This document shows, piece by piece, positions 1-12,612 of a DNA stretch of 64,000 bases. Every line of letters starts with the position of its first letter. Position 1 is the first letter of the stretch. Location of the stretch: assembly GCA_047495785.1 (NCBI GenBank), contig JBLDXI010000046.1:1116001-1180000 (forward strand), read 5' to 3'. The notes below the pieces were generated by a model. That model did no database searches and was not told the origin of the DNA. It saw nothing but the letters and a program-made list of their open reading frames with translations. The DNA is from Lepidodermella squamata (taxonomy: Eukaryota; Animalia; Gastrotricha). Position numbers and translations under genes: made by a program.

Positions 1-793
1 ATGCCCATGGGCATTACGCAGCATGTGCTTTTTGAGTGATGACAAAAATTCACGCCCATAAGCGCGAGTTTGATGACTCATCAGAATTTCCGCCCTGTGG
101 TGTCATGAGCAAATTTGAGATGATAAGTAAGGTCTGTTTATAAGTAGGAAACTATTTTGAGTATATTCTGAATTCGCGGAACTAACACGACGAATCATCT
201 ATCATCCGTGGCCAATCAGCCATCAATCAGCTATCAGTATTTGAATTTTACGAGCTCAGAAAACCTGCGGCTAACCCTTGAGATTTGACAAAATTAATAT
301 TAAAATAAATGTATAATTATTTTTAATTGCTAAATTTGTAAAAAAAAAAATTTTTTATTGCAACCTTGAATTTTCACCGTTGGCGGTAAAAGTACGGAGC
401 ACGTTCTCGCCGGATTTCTTGAGTTGCACGCTAATTTTTCTGATTTCTGGGCTGCGAAGTCGCTTTTTTCATCGTGTGAACTGAAATTTCCTACCGTTCC
501 TTGTAGAACTGATAATGTAGAATAATACTGTCGATTCAGATTTTATCTAGACATTTATTTAAGCATTTTTACCTATCAAATTCACCTGTCACCCCTGCTA
601 TTTTCATCCTCCACGCAATCTTTTTCATATATAAAGTTCAGAAGGAAAATTAGCCATACTCCGCATTCATTGTTTTTTTAATGCTTTGTTATTTTTCTGT
701 TTTAGCGTTACATATTTTTGAACAACCGCGTGCACGGTCGGTTATCGGATACCGGTGCATACTCTATTATTAGAATTAGAACTAGACATAAAA

Positions 794-1735
794 ATGTCGC
801 ATCCGCTTCTGCTGGTCAATTTCTTGAAGCCGGGAAAAGGCGAAATCGAAAATGTGAATAACTCGATAGATTGGTACAACGATGATATAAGAAAATGGGA
901 AGATAAGCTTAAGGCTACACTTCATGCGTGTCAACTGGTTGGTCGAGCGATTCAAGCTAATCCCGATTTCGGCCTTGCTCTTAATGATCCGCCGCTCGTC
1001 AATTTCCTGGTTGAAAGCATAGGCTTTGACATCAAGGATTTGCCGGACCTCAAGCTGCGAAAGTTTCCTAATCCTGTTGACGAGGCAGATGGCAGCGAAA
1101 ATCAGTCAGATGAGGAGTCTTCGCCAAAAAAACCAAAATTACTAGAAACGGTAGTTACTTTTACATATTGGTGTTTTGGTGTAAGCTATTCTATTTCAAT
1201 GTTAGGTATTCTGCGGAAAAACACACCGTGTCGATACTGACAAAGGCTTGATGCGTTTTCTCAAAGAAAGTTTGCGTGATGATGAAATGAGTCCCAGCTG
1301 CTCGCAAGAACTTCATGCTCAATCTACGATTCAATATGCTGTCATTTGTATTAAACATGGCATCAAACTGTTCAAGAATGGAAAGAGCGATAAACTCATG
1401 AACGGTAATATTATATTTCGATTTCACTCTAGATTTAACGCATGTATTCTTTTACAGCTTTTTTGCTGGGAAAATACCTAAGTGTTACTAAAGATATCTT
1501 CTACGCTAATCGAATGACTGGCGGGACTAAGATGAAGTATGTTGATTGGGTCTTTGACAATTTCAAACTTCGAAAAGCTATGACTTATAGGCATATTCAG
1601 TTGTACCAAATTTACAAATCTTTCCCTAAGCTCATGCGCTGCTGTGTGTCTATTCAGAAAATGATTGATCTAGGGGATAGGATTATTCATCTGTGTGAGA
1701 ATAATGATGAGTGGAAGCAAATTTGGAAAGATTAG
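794..1735 (+). CDS. Orphan 3-exon gene (~277 aa); C-terminal helical domain loosely resembling DUF3102-like HTH proteins
   Basis: Exons 794-1150, 1206-1404 and 1458-1735 join in frame across GT-AG introns of 55 and 53 nt. Contains an acidic stretch plus PKKPK (NLS-like). AATAAA at ~1824. C-terminal motif FLLGKYL...YVDWVFDNFKLRKAMTYRHIQLYQIYKSFPKL. Confidence 0.7.
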
Positions 1736-1839
1736 AGCGGGATTTTGGACGACTGGTTTTTGGGCAATTTTTTAAAGATATTCTGAAATTCGAATCACAC
1801 AGATGAAGAGCTGAACAACCTTTAATAAATCATTAGAAA

Positions 1840-2223
1840 AGTCTATTCGAGTAGACTATTTGGTGACTCATCTTGATGATTCATCATTAGTCTACTCGAA
1901 TAGACTCTTGGTTTTGCTGATCTTATTTGTTATTAGTCCTTTTCTACTTGTTGATGTTAATTGTCTTCTTCGGTAGACTATGATTACGCTTCTTTAAAAA
2001 TTTACCATTTAGAAAAAACATCATAGGTCATTCTTCATGTTATTAATATTCTGATTCATGTGACAGTCTATCACAGTAGACCTTCTTTCGCTATGAATAT
2101 TTGAGATTCACTCATCACTAATATTCGGATTAAGTCTATTGCGATAGACCTTTTGTGATTGAAACGATGACAGACTTCTGTATCTGATTTTTGAATCTTA
2201 TGAATAGTCTATTCTAGTAGACT
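1840..2223. repeat. Array of six 18-bp palindromic sites, consensus AGTCTA-N6-TAGAC(T/C)
   Basis: Copies start at 1840, 1889, 1962 (degenerate), 2065, 2133 and 2206. Copies 1 and 2 are exact reverse complements of each other. Confidence 0.8.
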
Positions 2224-2722
2224 TTTTGTGTGAGATATCTACTGTTTAGCTTTTGTGAATCTTGCCTAAATTTTTAATGTTTATCCAGATTTTACTAGGA
2301 CGATGTTTCAGATGTTCATTTCAAATGAAGTGTGTTTTCGAATTAATTTCTTCAGAATTTTTGAAGTTGAATAAAAATTGCTCACGAATGGTTTTCAGTT
2401 TTTGAATAACACGCATGAGATGATGAACAGCCGGAGAGCAGGAGTTCCTATTCGGAGTAAATTTCATTTCTTGGGGCTGTTCTGAAAGGCACCCCTTTTC
2501 AGGCTGTTTTCAAATTTTCAAGATCGGAAAATTCGGATGGCCGGTGAAACTCAATTTAATTTTAGCTGGATATGCCTGGGCGGCGATTTTGACTCATTGG
2601 TGATGATTTTTGCATTTCGCAGAGCCCATGCGAAATGCCGAAGATTTGCCGCGGAGAATATGATAAAAGATGAAAATTTTATTTTGAGGCGGCTGGCTTA
2701 GGATCGGCAGATTCCTACTGCT

Positions 2723-3502
2723 ATCATCAACTTTGGTGGCTTCGGAATATTAATTAGCACCTTATGAATATTCATATTTTTCAAACTATTAAAACTTCTT
2801 GGTCTGTCCGAGTTACAATTTTTATTTTTAGTTGAGTTGAACCCAAGCTTGGAGCTAAAAATAGTTCGGGCGAGTGTGAGATATTTTTAGTTTCAACTCA
2901 ACAAATTCCTGACCGTGCGTAACTTTTGATTTTCACTGTAGATCACGCTTATGCACTTGAGGCAAAAAGAATGACCGCATTTCGGCAAATTTCGTGGCTC
3001 CAAATAAAACTCGTGGCAAATCGAGCACGACAATGGCTGAAGTGAAACAATCGAAAAAGTTCGAAAGGGACAAATAAACCATTTGGTATTTTACGTCACC
3101 AACGTTCTCAACATCGCTTATTATTCGCTGTTTCGGGGGTGGCGAGCTCATAATCTTGACAAATTTTCGTGCCAAAATTCTAAAAATGAAACGAAACAGC
3201 AATTATCAACAAATGGCAGTTCCGCCGAAATCTCAAGTTCGCCTACAAGTTATTCGGAAATCCCTGAAAGCTCGACACTTTTGACCATTTCGTCGCGCTT
3301 CAGCGATTTTGCAGGCGCTAAGGGGTGGATTTTTCGCGCCAGCAAGGTATTCCCAGAGAATTTTGAAATCAAATAGATTTTAGAGGCGAATCCTGCCGCC
3401 AGCATAATCACAGATTCCTCCGAATAATTTTCATTTCATTCTTTTCTTGTTTTGCTCCTCTTTTCGCATACAACCAACAGTCTTAAAACACTACGACCCC
3501 GG
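2723..3502. repeat. 780-bp direct duplication, copy 1 (copy 2 at 10891-11670), made of decayed TRIM-ANK fragments
   Basis: Sequence matches 10891-11670 from atcatcaactttggtggc to ctacgaccccgg. The ORFs 2933..3202/11101..11370 and 3083..3376/11251..11544 are identical. Confidence 0.95.
2950..3480 (-). pseudogene. Collapsed TRIM-ANK junction fragment (ankyrin 3' end, short spacer, NLS exon MSSPPPKQR, partial RING exon)
   Basis: Homologous to the 26968/26853 and 53027/52937 gene junctions. Internal deletions are present. Confidence 0.75.
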
Positions 3503-3620
3503 CAGACAGATCTCGAATGTCGAGAAAAACCGAACGTGTACGCAGTATCATTCAATGAAATTGAGAGGGTGACCTTAGCGGATGTGAAACTATGCGTAGA
3601 TCTCTGCAAGCAAAAACCGC
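3503..3620 (+). pseudogene. Fragment of PAN/apple-like gene exon 2
   Basis: TDLECREKPNVYAVSFNEIERVTLADVKLCVDLCKQ is closely similar to TDLECREKPNVYAVSLNQIDLTTLPDVKVCVERCKR in ORF 10028..10297. Confidence 0.8.
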
Positions 3621-3745
3621 AAGCAAAAAGAATGACCGCATTTCGGCAAATTTCGTGGCTCCAAATAAAACTCGTGGCAAATCGAGCACGATAATGATTG
3701 AAGTGAAATAATCCAAAATTTTCGAAAGGGAGAAATAAACCATTT

Positions 3746-5786
3746 GCACTTTTTTTCGTGCACAGTGCCTAATATTAGTGTGCACGACTGTTACCAGGCC
3801 ATCGTGCACACGCACTAGGTCATTCACACATGCCAGTACTTTAAAATTTCAAAACGCTATAATTCTCCCAATTTTAATTTTAAAAAATTGAAAATTTGCA
3901 GCCACATAATATTCGCCAAGCGAAGACTAACAAATTTTACCCGATGAAAATCGAGTGAAAAATCAGCGAGATAAAAATTATATAAAATTCAGCCCATAAT
4001 TAACAGCAATAATATAGTCGGCCACGCTAATTACCTGAGTGCGCGCGTATTCCGAAATATAGGTCAAGGCGCCAGAGAAATTTTTTCACCTATTTTTCAT
4101 CATTTCATTTCAAATTTATAGAGATTGACCGAAGGAACAAGGCCATTATAAATAGCCGTAAAATATGCAAATTCCAAATTACGAAAAAAAATAGATAACT
4201 AGGATGCCTTTCTGACCCATCCTTCTCTTTCTACACTTTTGATCTATAGTCATCAAGGCCGAGAAGCGTCCATTTGATTCTGGTTAAATTTATTTAAATA
4301 TATATGAAAATTACAATTATTGAAAATAACACCCATTTTTCATTTGATAAGACATCAATAGACCTGTCGCTTATTCGCTGTGGAGGTGTGCTTACGTCTT
4401 GCTAATTTTTTCCATATTCAGTCGCAAATTGTCTCTTGGAATCTGATTTCCAAATCGCCCTGTCATAAACCGTTGATTTTCTACGATTTTTTGAAAATTT
4501 CAACTTTTTCCGAAAATAGAGGAAAACACCCCATTTTGTTGATCACGACAGCCGCAGCGGCAGCCCACTAGGATTCCATAGGGCTGCCGCGTAAAATTAA
4601 TGAGACCCCTGCCGCGTCCGCCCGGCCCTGCCAAAAAAACGTGACCCAGGTCACATTCCATTACCTGTAATAAAATCTCAAGCCCCGTATAAAGGCATAT
4701 GCGCGCCGACCAAAGGGAGGCGCGCTCCGATAATTGACCTGACACAATTAAATGACCCAGGTCACTATTATTGCGCACGCGCTTCTTTGCGGCCAAAGAG
4801 ACAATAAATGACCCTATAAAACAGGGATGCGCGCCGACCGCAGGTGGACGCGTCCAGTAAAAAAAATTATTCCTGATTTTACCTATTATCTCAATTATAA
4901 TTATCAAGCAATGGCCCTGAAGACAATAAATAAACCAGATTAAAAAATGAGGTAGCCACGAGAGAAAATAAATGACCCAATTTAAAACGAACACGCGACC
5001 GCAGGGAGCGTGTCCCAGATTGAATTAAAGAGTTAAAATGAAACCGCAAATACGCAAGAACAATGCGCCGAGCGCTCCCAATAATTATTTAAAAATATTA
5101 CTCGCGCCGACGAAGGAGGCGCGTCCAAAAAAAATTTAACAAAAATTACACGAAATAAGGTAATAATATTTTGTCTGATTTTCCCGATTTTAGTAGCAAC
5201 AAACCAGACCCAATTGGACGCTTCTCGGCCTTGATGGCTAGATCAAAAATGTAGAAATGAGAAGGATGGGTCAGTTGGTAGAAATTAAAATAGCGCGCTC
5301 GCGCCGACGAAGGAGGCGCGTCCAATAAAAATTAAAATTAAAATCTCAAAACAAGAAATATTATTTCTGATTTTACCGATTTTTAAGGTAATAAATACGG
5401 TTTCATGTTTGAGTACAGCGTCCCGCGCGCGCTAATAACCGCAATCAAGGTGCACGCACTATTCCCTATATTATATATGTTTGAGTACGGGCGCGGTAAT
5501 TATCGGCGATTTAATTACTGGTCCTCACTAGGTCGTGCAAGATCCGTCGTGCACAGCTAAATTTTAAACGCGACAAATTGTAAATAAATGATCTGATCCA
5601 TTACATAGACCTCCTTAGCCCGATAATGCTGATATAAAATTTAACCGTTTTATTCTGCCCGGTTATTTTTAAAATCGACCGAAATGATTTTTAAAGCCTG
5701 ACAAAAGTGAGACTGACATTTTCATCGTGCACGGCCGTCGTGCACACTATATAATAATGCCCAATGTGCACGATAGAAAAGTGTAT
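3746..5786. mobile_element. Non-autonomous TIR element, copy 1 (~2.04 kb)
   Basis: Near-identical inverted copy at 14053-16189. Imperfect GTGCAC-rich TIRs (GCACTTTTTTTCGTGCACA / TGTGCACGATAGAAAAGTGTAT). Inner ~65-bp inverted repeat at ~4212-4276 and ~5211-5274. Internal GC hairpin repeats. Sits between TT and AA, no clear TSD. Confidence 0.9.
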
Positions 5787-6250
5787 AATTTTACATCACT
5801 AACCTTCAACATACATCAACATCGGTTTTTCGGTGTTTCGGGGGTGGCGAGCTCATAATCTTGATAACATTTCTAGCTAAATTTCTAAAAATGAAAGGAA
5901 GCAGCAATTTTCGACAAATGGCAGTTCCGTCGAAATCTCACGTTCGCATAAAAGCTATTCGGAAATTCGTGAAAGCTCGACACTTTTGACCATTTCGTCA
6001 CGCTTCAGCGATTCTGCAGGCGCTAAAGGAATTTTCGCGCCAGCAAGGTTTGCCAAGAGAAGAGTGAATTCAAATATTTGCTGACTGCCACGCCGAGCGG
6101 CTAAAACCGGCGTAGTTCTTCGATTATATCAACAGCATAGATTTTAGAGGCGAATTCTGCCGCCAGATTATTCCGAATAATTGTGATTTCATTCTTTTCT
6201 TGTTTTGCTCCTCTTTTCGCATACAACCGACAGTTATCGCAGTCTTCGCA
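5787..6250 (-). pseudogene. Second decayed TRIM-ANK junction fragment (continues 3620-3745 across the TIR element)
   Basis: Variant of the 3085-3480 sequence (NLS exon at ~5820-5856, ankyrin 3' end at ~5955-6050). Confidence 0.7.
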
Positions 6251-6545
6251 TACAACTGACTTCGCCGCGCACAGCCGCCTGCTTTCGCCCGCTGAGCGGA
6301 AGTACCCAGCCCTGGAGAAGGAGTGTCTCGTGGTTGTGTTTTCGTGCGACTGGTTCAGAGAATACATGCTTGGCATCAGACTCGTCCTCGAAACCGACCA
6401 CAAGGCGCTCCTGTAGCTTCAGACGCTGCGTGACCCGAGCAAGCGAGTTTGGCGTTGGCTTGAGTAGTTGGACGACTACCAGTTCGATCTGGTACACCGC
6501 CCTGGTCGCCTAAACTTCGCCGACGGCCTCTCGCGGCCCTCAGTC
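6250..6545 (+). mobile_element. Ty3/gypsy LTR-retrotransposon RNase H fragment (degenerate)
   Basis: SRLLSPAERKYPALEKECLVVVF...LETDHKAL, continuing through stops to DLVHRPGRLNFADGLSR. These are typical Ty3/gypsy RNase H motifs. Confidence 0.85.
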
Positions 6546-7318
6546 GATTCCTACGAAAAACTTCGGAAAGAAAAATTGGTACCTGATGTAGTTTTCTCGT
6601 CCGCTTCAGAAGAGGCTCGTTCATTTTATAAAAACATCAAATTCTAACTATAAAAAGGAAACAACTGTCACGGTGAGCAGCAGCCGAAAATAATTTTATT
6701 ATTAGGCTCGTTCTTTTTAAAAAAAAATTCAAATTTACCAAAGGCACAATAATCACTTTAAGTTTATATAGTCAAGCATGGCGATTTCGTCAGATTTCCA
6801 TTTCAACGCTCTGGTTCCAAACAAACTTTGTTTTGAATAACGAAAAATCTGTCAGACATCAATTCGCCCGAATAGTTGAGTAATTCGAAAATGGCATTGC
6901 CCTGTTTGAAAAATATTATACCGCGTGCCACGCATTTTCTTTTATTCATCGTTGTTCTGTTGCTCTTGCACCGTTCCACTCTCATATAATGTTATAAGCC
7001 TAGATTATAACATAGGTTATAATACTCGCACTTCATTCATTCGCAATTTTTGCTTAAGCTTTAATTAAAGTTAGAGAAGTAATAGCGTAGCCTGTAAAAG
7101 CGGCTAGTAGCTTTTCGATAGATCGCTGTTGATCTCAAACTAAGAAAATTTCCGCCCGTTGTATCAGCTGCAAAATGCAAACTAAAGATGAGCTCGAGTT
7201 CACGGAGAGTAGATTATTTGAGAAATTATTCATCAAGTAATGTTCACACTGCGACAAACTCTTATTGTTTTTTTGGGCGTCATTTTTCGGCTTCGTATGG
7301 GGTGAGAGAGAAGCTATA

Positions 7319-7865
7319 TGTCACGATGTAACTATGTCACTAGGTTTTAGGGTGTGGATGATTATTTGGAGCAGTGTGATTGGCAAGCCCCTCTACTGTT
7401 CGGAAAAAGGCTCCTGGCTGACGGTGAATGTAGTTAAAGTGGGTTGTCCTCGGGGTTGCTTGGGTATGCAACAACGGTTAGAGGGGTTGGAGCCGATAAG
7501 GACACGCCTTCCACCCCCTCGGCGGAGGAAGATATATTAGTCGCAAGAGACGAGTAAAGGAATCAGAGGAAAGAAGATCTATCGCAAGAGTGTAAGAAGT
7601 GGAAAGCTAAGCTAAATGCTCCCTACACTACAGAGCACTACAGAAGTCTCTGAAAATTCCAGGCTTCTGTTTTCTGTATTTTCTATTTTCGAAAGACGCT
7701 GGTCGTAAAATAAACAAAAGACGAGTGAATGAATGAGTGAAACGGGTGAAATGAGATGATGGAGCGAGCCAGCAAATTGAATTTACGAGATCTATATGAG
7801 CGCGTGAGCCTCGCTCTTGTTCTCTGCCGTGCTCGGGCCAACATACTGTAACACATACTGTAACA
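7319..7865. mobile_element. Possible solo LTR
   Basis: TGTCAC...TGTAACA termini and a composition shift relative to the flanks. No TSD found. Confidence 0.35.
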
Positions 7866-8211
7866 TCGCTGAGTTGAGAATTCGCGATCAGTAATTAATT
7901 CCTTTCCAATTAATAATGGTGATCGTATTATACCACACCCGAAGCTGCTCGGGCCAACACCTCGGCCGTGAAGCGAGATTTTTCCGAATTCGTAAACGGG
8001 TCGTTTCAGAGCGGAAAGAGCGCGGAGGTCCTTACCATCGAAATCGGACCCTAAAATTTGTTTAATATCAATCTAACAAGCAAAAACATGACAATGACGA
8101 GTTTATTTGGCAAAACAGTACATCAACAAAAACGCTTTTTGATAATAATCGAAAACAAGAAAATTAAAGCCGAGTCGTGTTTTTACGATAGAAAGCAGGG
8201 GTTCTAACAGT

Positions 8212-8963
8212 TCATTGCTGAAATCCGTTGAGTTCGAATATCTTGACAACATCGTCACGCTTGAAATGTTTAGCGAGCATCAGTGGGGTAAAACCGCGAC
8301 ATCTCACAGCGGCAAGTTGCGGAAATTTCTTCATAAAATTCTCTACGCCTTCTTTCCAATCCTCAGCGGTGGCAATGTGCAAAATTGACGAGCCGCTAAT
8401 TGATGGGTCAAAGGACTGAAGGGGCGAGAGGCCTTTCGAGACGAAAAATCAACCATTCTCAAACTGTGATTTCTAGCCGCTAGAATAAGAGGCGATCGTC
8501 CGAACAAATCAGTTACATTCAGCGGAGCAGCAAATTCTTCGACCAGCATTTTTGCAGTCACAATGGAAGAATTTTGTTTGGCAGCGAGCAGAATCGCCGT
8601 ATACTTTTTCCGTTCGACAACAATTTTACGGGCGAAATCAGGGTAAAAGGCGAGGATAGCCCTTACAACGTCGGTTTTACCTTGTCGAACTGCATCGACA
8701 AATCCTTGCTCGATGAAACCACGATTGTCGATATATCCCTCTTTCGCGGCAATTTCCAGAAAGAACTCCACAATTTCACCATTGCCTTTTTGAACAGCCT
8801 CGTAAAACATGTTCATTGCACATCCTTCAACATCGTTTCGTTCAAAAATCAACGAGTTTGTAAGTTCCTTTTCCGGGTCTTGAAATTGTGAAATCAAATT
8901 ATTGACAGCTTGTAAATCTTTCGATGAAATTGCTCCATAGATCTGGCGAATCAGAGCTAGTTT
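8212..8963 (-). pseudogene. Orphan ankyrin exon of the TRIM-ANK family (C/H/I subfamily), frameshifted
   Basis: Highly similar to 47302..48024 and 20771..21331. Frameshift after ...LRMVDF at ~8445. Upstream RBCC exons are missing. Confidence 0.85.
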
Positions 8964-9906
8964 CTACCAATGACCAAAATACAAGTCTTATCAGCTTATG
9001 TTTGAAATGAAAATCAAGGTAAAGAAAAGAAAATCTTCAGGAAAAGGGCGATGCGAGGGCGTTGCGTACGCAACAAATAAGTGTCCAAAACTACCCGCTA
9101 ATTGCCTACTATTTCGGGACTACTCCGAAACAGCCAAAGAAAAACGAAAGAGACTAAAACAGCCAGAAAAAACAGGCAAAGTCGCTTTTGATCGCCTACT
9201 GTGAAATTTCCGAACACCAGATTCGCGAATACCAGAGTCGATTTTATCAACAGCATTGATTGTAGAGGCGAATTCCTCCGCAAACAAACTTCCCCCCAAG
9301 AATTGATGGCATTTTGTTCGTCTTTTCTTGTTTTGCTCTTTTCGCATACAACGGATAGTTTTCGGAAGAGCTACTACCCCGGCAAAACATTTTACAACGT
9401 ACATTCCTTTACATCACTTTGCACCTAAGCAGTAATTCAAGTTAGATGAGTAATACAGCGCTGTACACCGGTTAGAAGCTTTTCGAAAGCCGTTTTTGAT
9501 CATATGATCAGAAATTTAACGTCGGCTACAACGCTCGTTGTTTCAGCTGCAATTATATCGACTGAGAAGAGCTCGAATTCACAGAAAGTTGAGAAAAAGT
9601 ATTCGTCAAGTATTATTGACACCAATTTACAAAGCCTTTCGAATTGCTGTCAACTAGCGAGAAATTTTCTATCATGAAGCGTTTAACCGAGCTTCTCGCA
9701 TTGCTTCAGCTGCCTTGTTTCGCGCATGTTTGCCGTTCAGGCCATGTGACGTAGAGGCTGGTGTTTGTTAGCTTCGGTGCTCCTCACGTGCAAAAACGCC
9801 TATAAATTCTGGCAATAATCGCTTAATTTTTATGTGTTATTTTTCGAGCCATATTACAGATAAAAGCATCTTCACTTTTGTTATTCGTTTTCATCAAACC
9901 CAAGCC

Positions 9907-10297
9907 ATGTCTATGAAGCTTGCTGCCGTCTTCGCCCTGATGTTTGTCGCTAGCTTATACGCAGCCGGTAGGCTTTTTCACCAATTAATATGCTTATACG
10001 ATGTTACGATGTTGACTCTGAGCAGAAATGAAAGCGACAGATCTCGAATGTCGAGAAAAACCGAACGTGTACGCAGTATCATTAAATCAAATTGATCTGA
10101 CGACACTACCGGATGTGAAAGTATGCGTAGAAAGATGCAAGCGTAATCCGGCATGCAAGGCTGTCACACATATACCGAAGTCTAGAAGGTCCAACAACCA
10201 GTGCCACGAGCTGAGCAATTGCCATAAATGGAAAATCAATGGACCACTAACGCTAGAAATTTATGGCGAGGGTGTTACGAACTGGATCAAAGTTTGA
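9907..10297 (+). CDS. Small secreted PAN/apple-like cysteine-rich protein (~110 aa)
   Basis: Exon 1 9907-9967 encodes a signal peptide (MSMKLAAVFALMFVASLYA). Phase-1 intron, then exon 2 10026-10297 with C-x3-C-x5-C-KAVT...C pattern. TATA-like CCTATAAA at ~9800 and AATAAA at ~10380. Confidence 0.75.
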
Positions 10298-10890
10298 GCA
10301 GTCAAATGCGACAAAACTGAGAGCTTCAGCGATGAGATGAGATGATATGAGATGAGAGCTCTAACAGAGCTTGTGATCAAATAAAAGATGAAGTGGCGTC
10401 AATTTCCTTTTGAAAAATTAACCGCGTGAAATGTATGCCGTTATCGATCCAATAACACCCCCGTAAAGGCGGCACTCGCCTGCGCCTTATCCATTCTTGC
10501 TTCGACATGTTCGACAGAAATTCTGGCCGGTTCGGCAGAAAAACCGACAAGAGCAGACACGTTTTGGCAGTAAACAATATTTTCGAAGCTTCGTACAGTG
10601 ACAATCAAAAGATCCGCACGGTGGAATTGACGGGATGCACGTTGACATTTTCGCACGTGCGGAATGAGGCTGTTTATCCCCAGCAAAACGGACCAGAATG
10701 ACGTCTTTTTCACGATCTCCCAAAAATAGCTCCAAGGAAAGGGGGGTAGTTTCAATATTTGAATATATTCATGAGATGTCATAAAAATAGGACATTCTTA
10801 GTTAAGTGCCAAAAATTGCAGAAAAATTTGAGCACTTGTAATACGGTTACAACAAATCAAAAATAATTTTTCCATCATTTTTCTGACATA

Positions 10891-11670
10891 ATCATCAACT
10901 TTGGTGGCTTCGGAATATTAATTAGCACCTTATGAATATTCATATTTTTCAAACTATTAAAACTTCTTGGTCTGTCCGAGTTACAATTTTTATTTTTAGT
11001 TGAGTTGAACCCAAGCTTGGAGCTAAAAATAGTTCGGGCGAGTGTGAGATATTTTTAGTTTCAACTCAACAAATTCCTGACCGTGCGTAACTTTTGATTT
11101 TCACTGTAGATCACGCTTATGCACTTGAGGCAAAAAGAATGACCGCATTTCGGCAAATTTCGTGGCTCCAAATAAAACTCGTGGCAAATCGAGCACGACA
11201 ATGGCTGAAGTGAAACAATCGAAAAAGTTCGAAAGGGACAAATAAACCATTTGGTATTTTACGTCACCAACGTTCTCAACATCGCTTATTATTCGCTGTT
11301 TCGGGGGTGGCGAGCTCATAATCTTGACAAATTTTCGTGCCAAAATTCTAAAAATGAAACGAAACAGCAATTATCAACAAATGGCAGTTCCGCCGAAATC
11401 TCAAGTTCGCCTACAAGTTATTCGGAAATCCCTGAAAGCTCGACACTTTTGACCATTTCGTCGCGCTTCAGCGATTTTGCAGGCGCTAAGGGGTGGATTT
11501 TTCGCGCCAGCAAGGTATTCCCAGAGAATTTTGAAATCAAATAGATTTTAGAGGCGAATCCTGCCGCCAGCATAATCACAGATTCCTCCGAATAATTTTC
11601 ATTTCATTCTTTTCTTGTTTTGCTCCTCTTTTCGCATACAACCAACAGTCTTAAAACACTACGACCCCGG
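10891..11670. repeat. 780-bp direct duplication, copy 2 (copy 1 at 2723-3502)
   Basis: Matches 2723-3502 at a constant 8168-bp offset. Confidence 0.95.
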
Positions 11671-11734
11671 TAAAAACGTTTTACAACTAACACTGCTATA
11701 CATTACTTTGCACATAAACGAAAACGAAACGAAA

Positions 11735-12180
11735 AGCTTTTTATTTTGTCCTTTTTTCCAGATGAATGATGCCTAACGAAAATGTACAATTTGGAGGGAA
11801 AGGAAAAAGGCGCAGGCACAGCACGAAAAGGCGCTTGTCCGGGACAGTGCGCCACTCATAACACCGGACGGGCACATACTGAAATTATCACAAGGAGCGG
11901 AATTATCAGACACAGCAGGCTACAGAAGGCTAGTGATTAGTGCTAGGATAGCGGAGACGGAAGGTAGCGGACGTGAGAGGAAGAAACAAGGAAATAAGCA
12001 GAAAGTGGAAGAAGAAAGAGGAGAGAGACTAGCATTGTGGGACAGGGAGGGGGCCGGGCGGCAGGCGAGCGTTGAGAAGGAAGACAAGTGACTTCACAGG
12101 CGGCGACGCGGAGAGCCGAACATTCTCGATGTCTTCGCGAAGCGGCAGCCCAAAGCGGACGGACAAAGCGGCGAAACAAT
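11735..12180 (-). mobile_element. Non-LTR retrotransposon (CR1/L2-like) 3' remnant
   Basis: RRHRECSALRVA...LPS resembles the CR1-type ORF2 C-terminus (RRxFFSxRVxxxWNxLP). Followed by a pyrimidine-rich 3' UTR and an A-rich tail on the minus strand. Confidence 0.45.
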
Positions 12181-12612
12181 AATTCAAAACGGTTGGAAGC
12201 TTTCCGCTAGATCGATATGTTGATCACATGCTACGAACTTCTCCGCCGGCTACAACGCTCGGTGTTTAATGAAATATTAGGTTCCGCATTTTGTGAGTTA
12301 CTTTTAGTTCCGTAACAGGCAAATTTGGTTCCGCATGAAGATATTTTGAATAATTTCAGCTCAAGTATTGAGAAAACATTACTCAATAGAAATCATTCTA
12401 AGAAAAAGAAAATAATGAAAATAATGCAGTGGGAATATATTTTTGTAATACAATTCGAGTAAGCATAGGAATACGAAATTCTTATCAAGGCGTTCTACTT
12501 ATACCGATTAACAGCCAACATCGTTATATTTGGAGTGAAGAGTGAAGTCATATTCAATGAAAAAGTCTTTAGTTGGGATGAAACTGCAACAAATTAAGCT
12601 TGAATCAGTCAA

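Noticed and set aside
1840-2223. CRISPR or guide-RNA (box C/D, TIGR-like) array interpretation of the palindromic repeats
   Set aside because: Eukaryotic context, repeats only 18 bp with variable centres, spacers 31-85 bp, no cas or Nop-domain gene seen, and TGATGA/CTGA motifs not regularly placed.
4380-4994. ORFs 4500..4994 and 4380..4571 (and 14847..15557 in the second copy) as a transposase or membrane protein
   Set aside because: They run through hairpin repeats, change frame between the two copies, and show no transposase motif.
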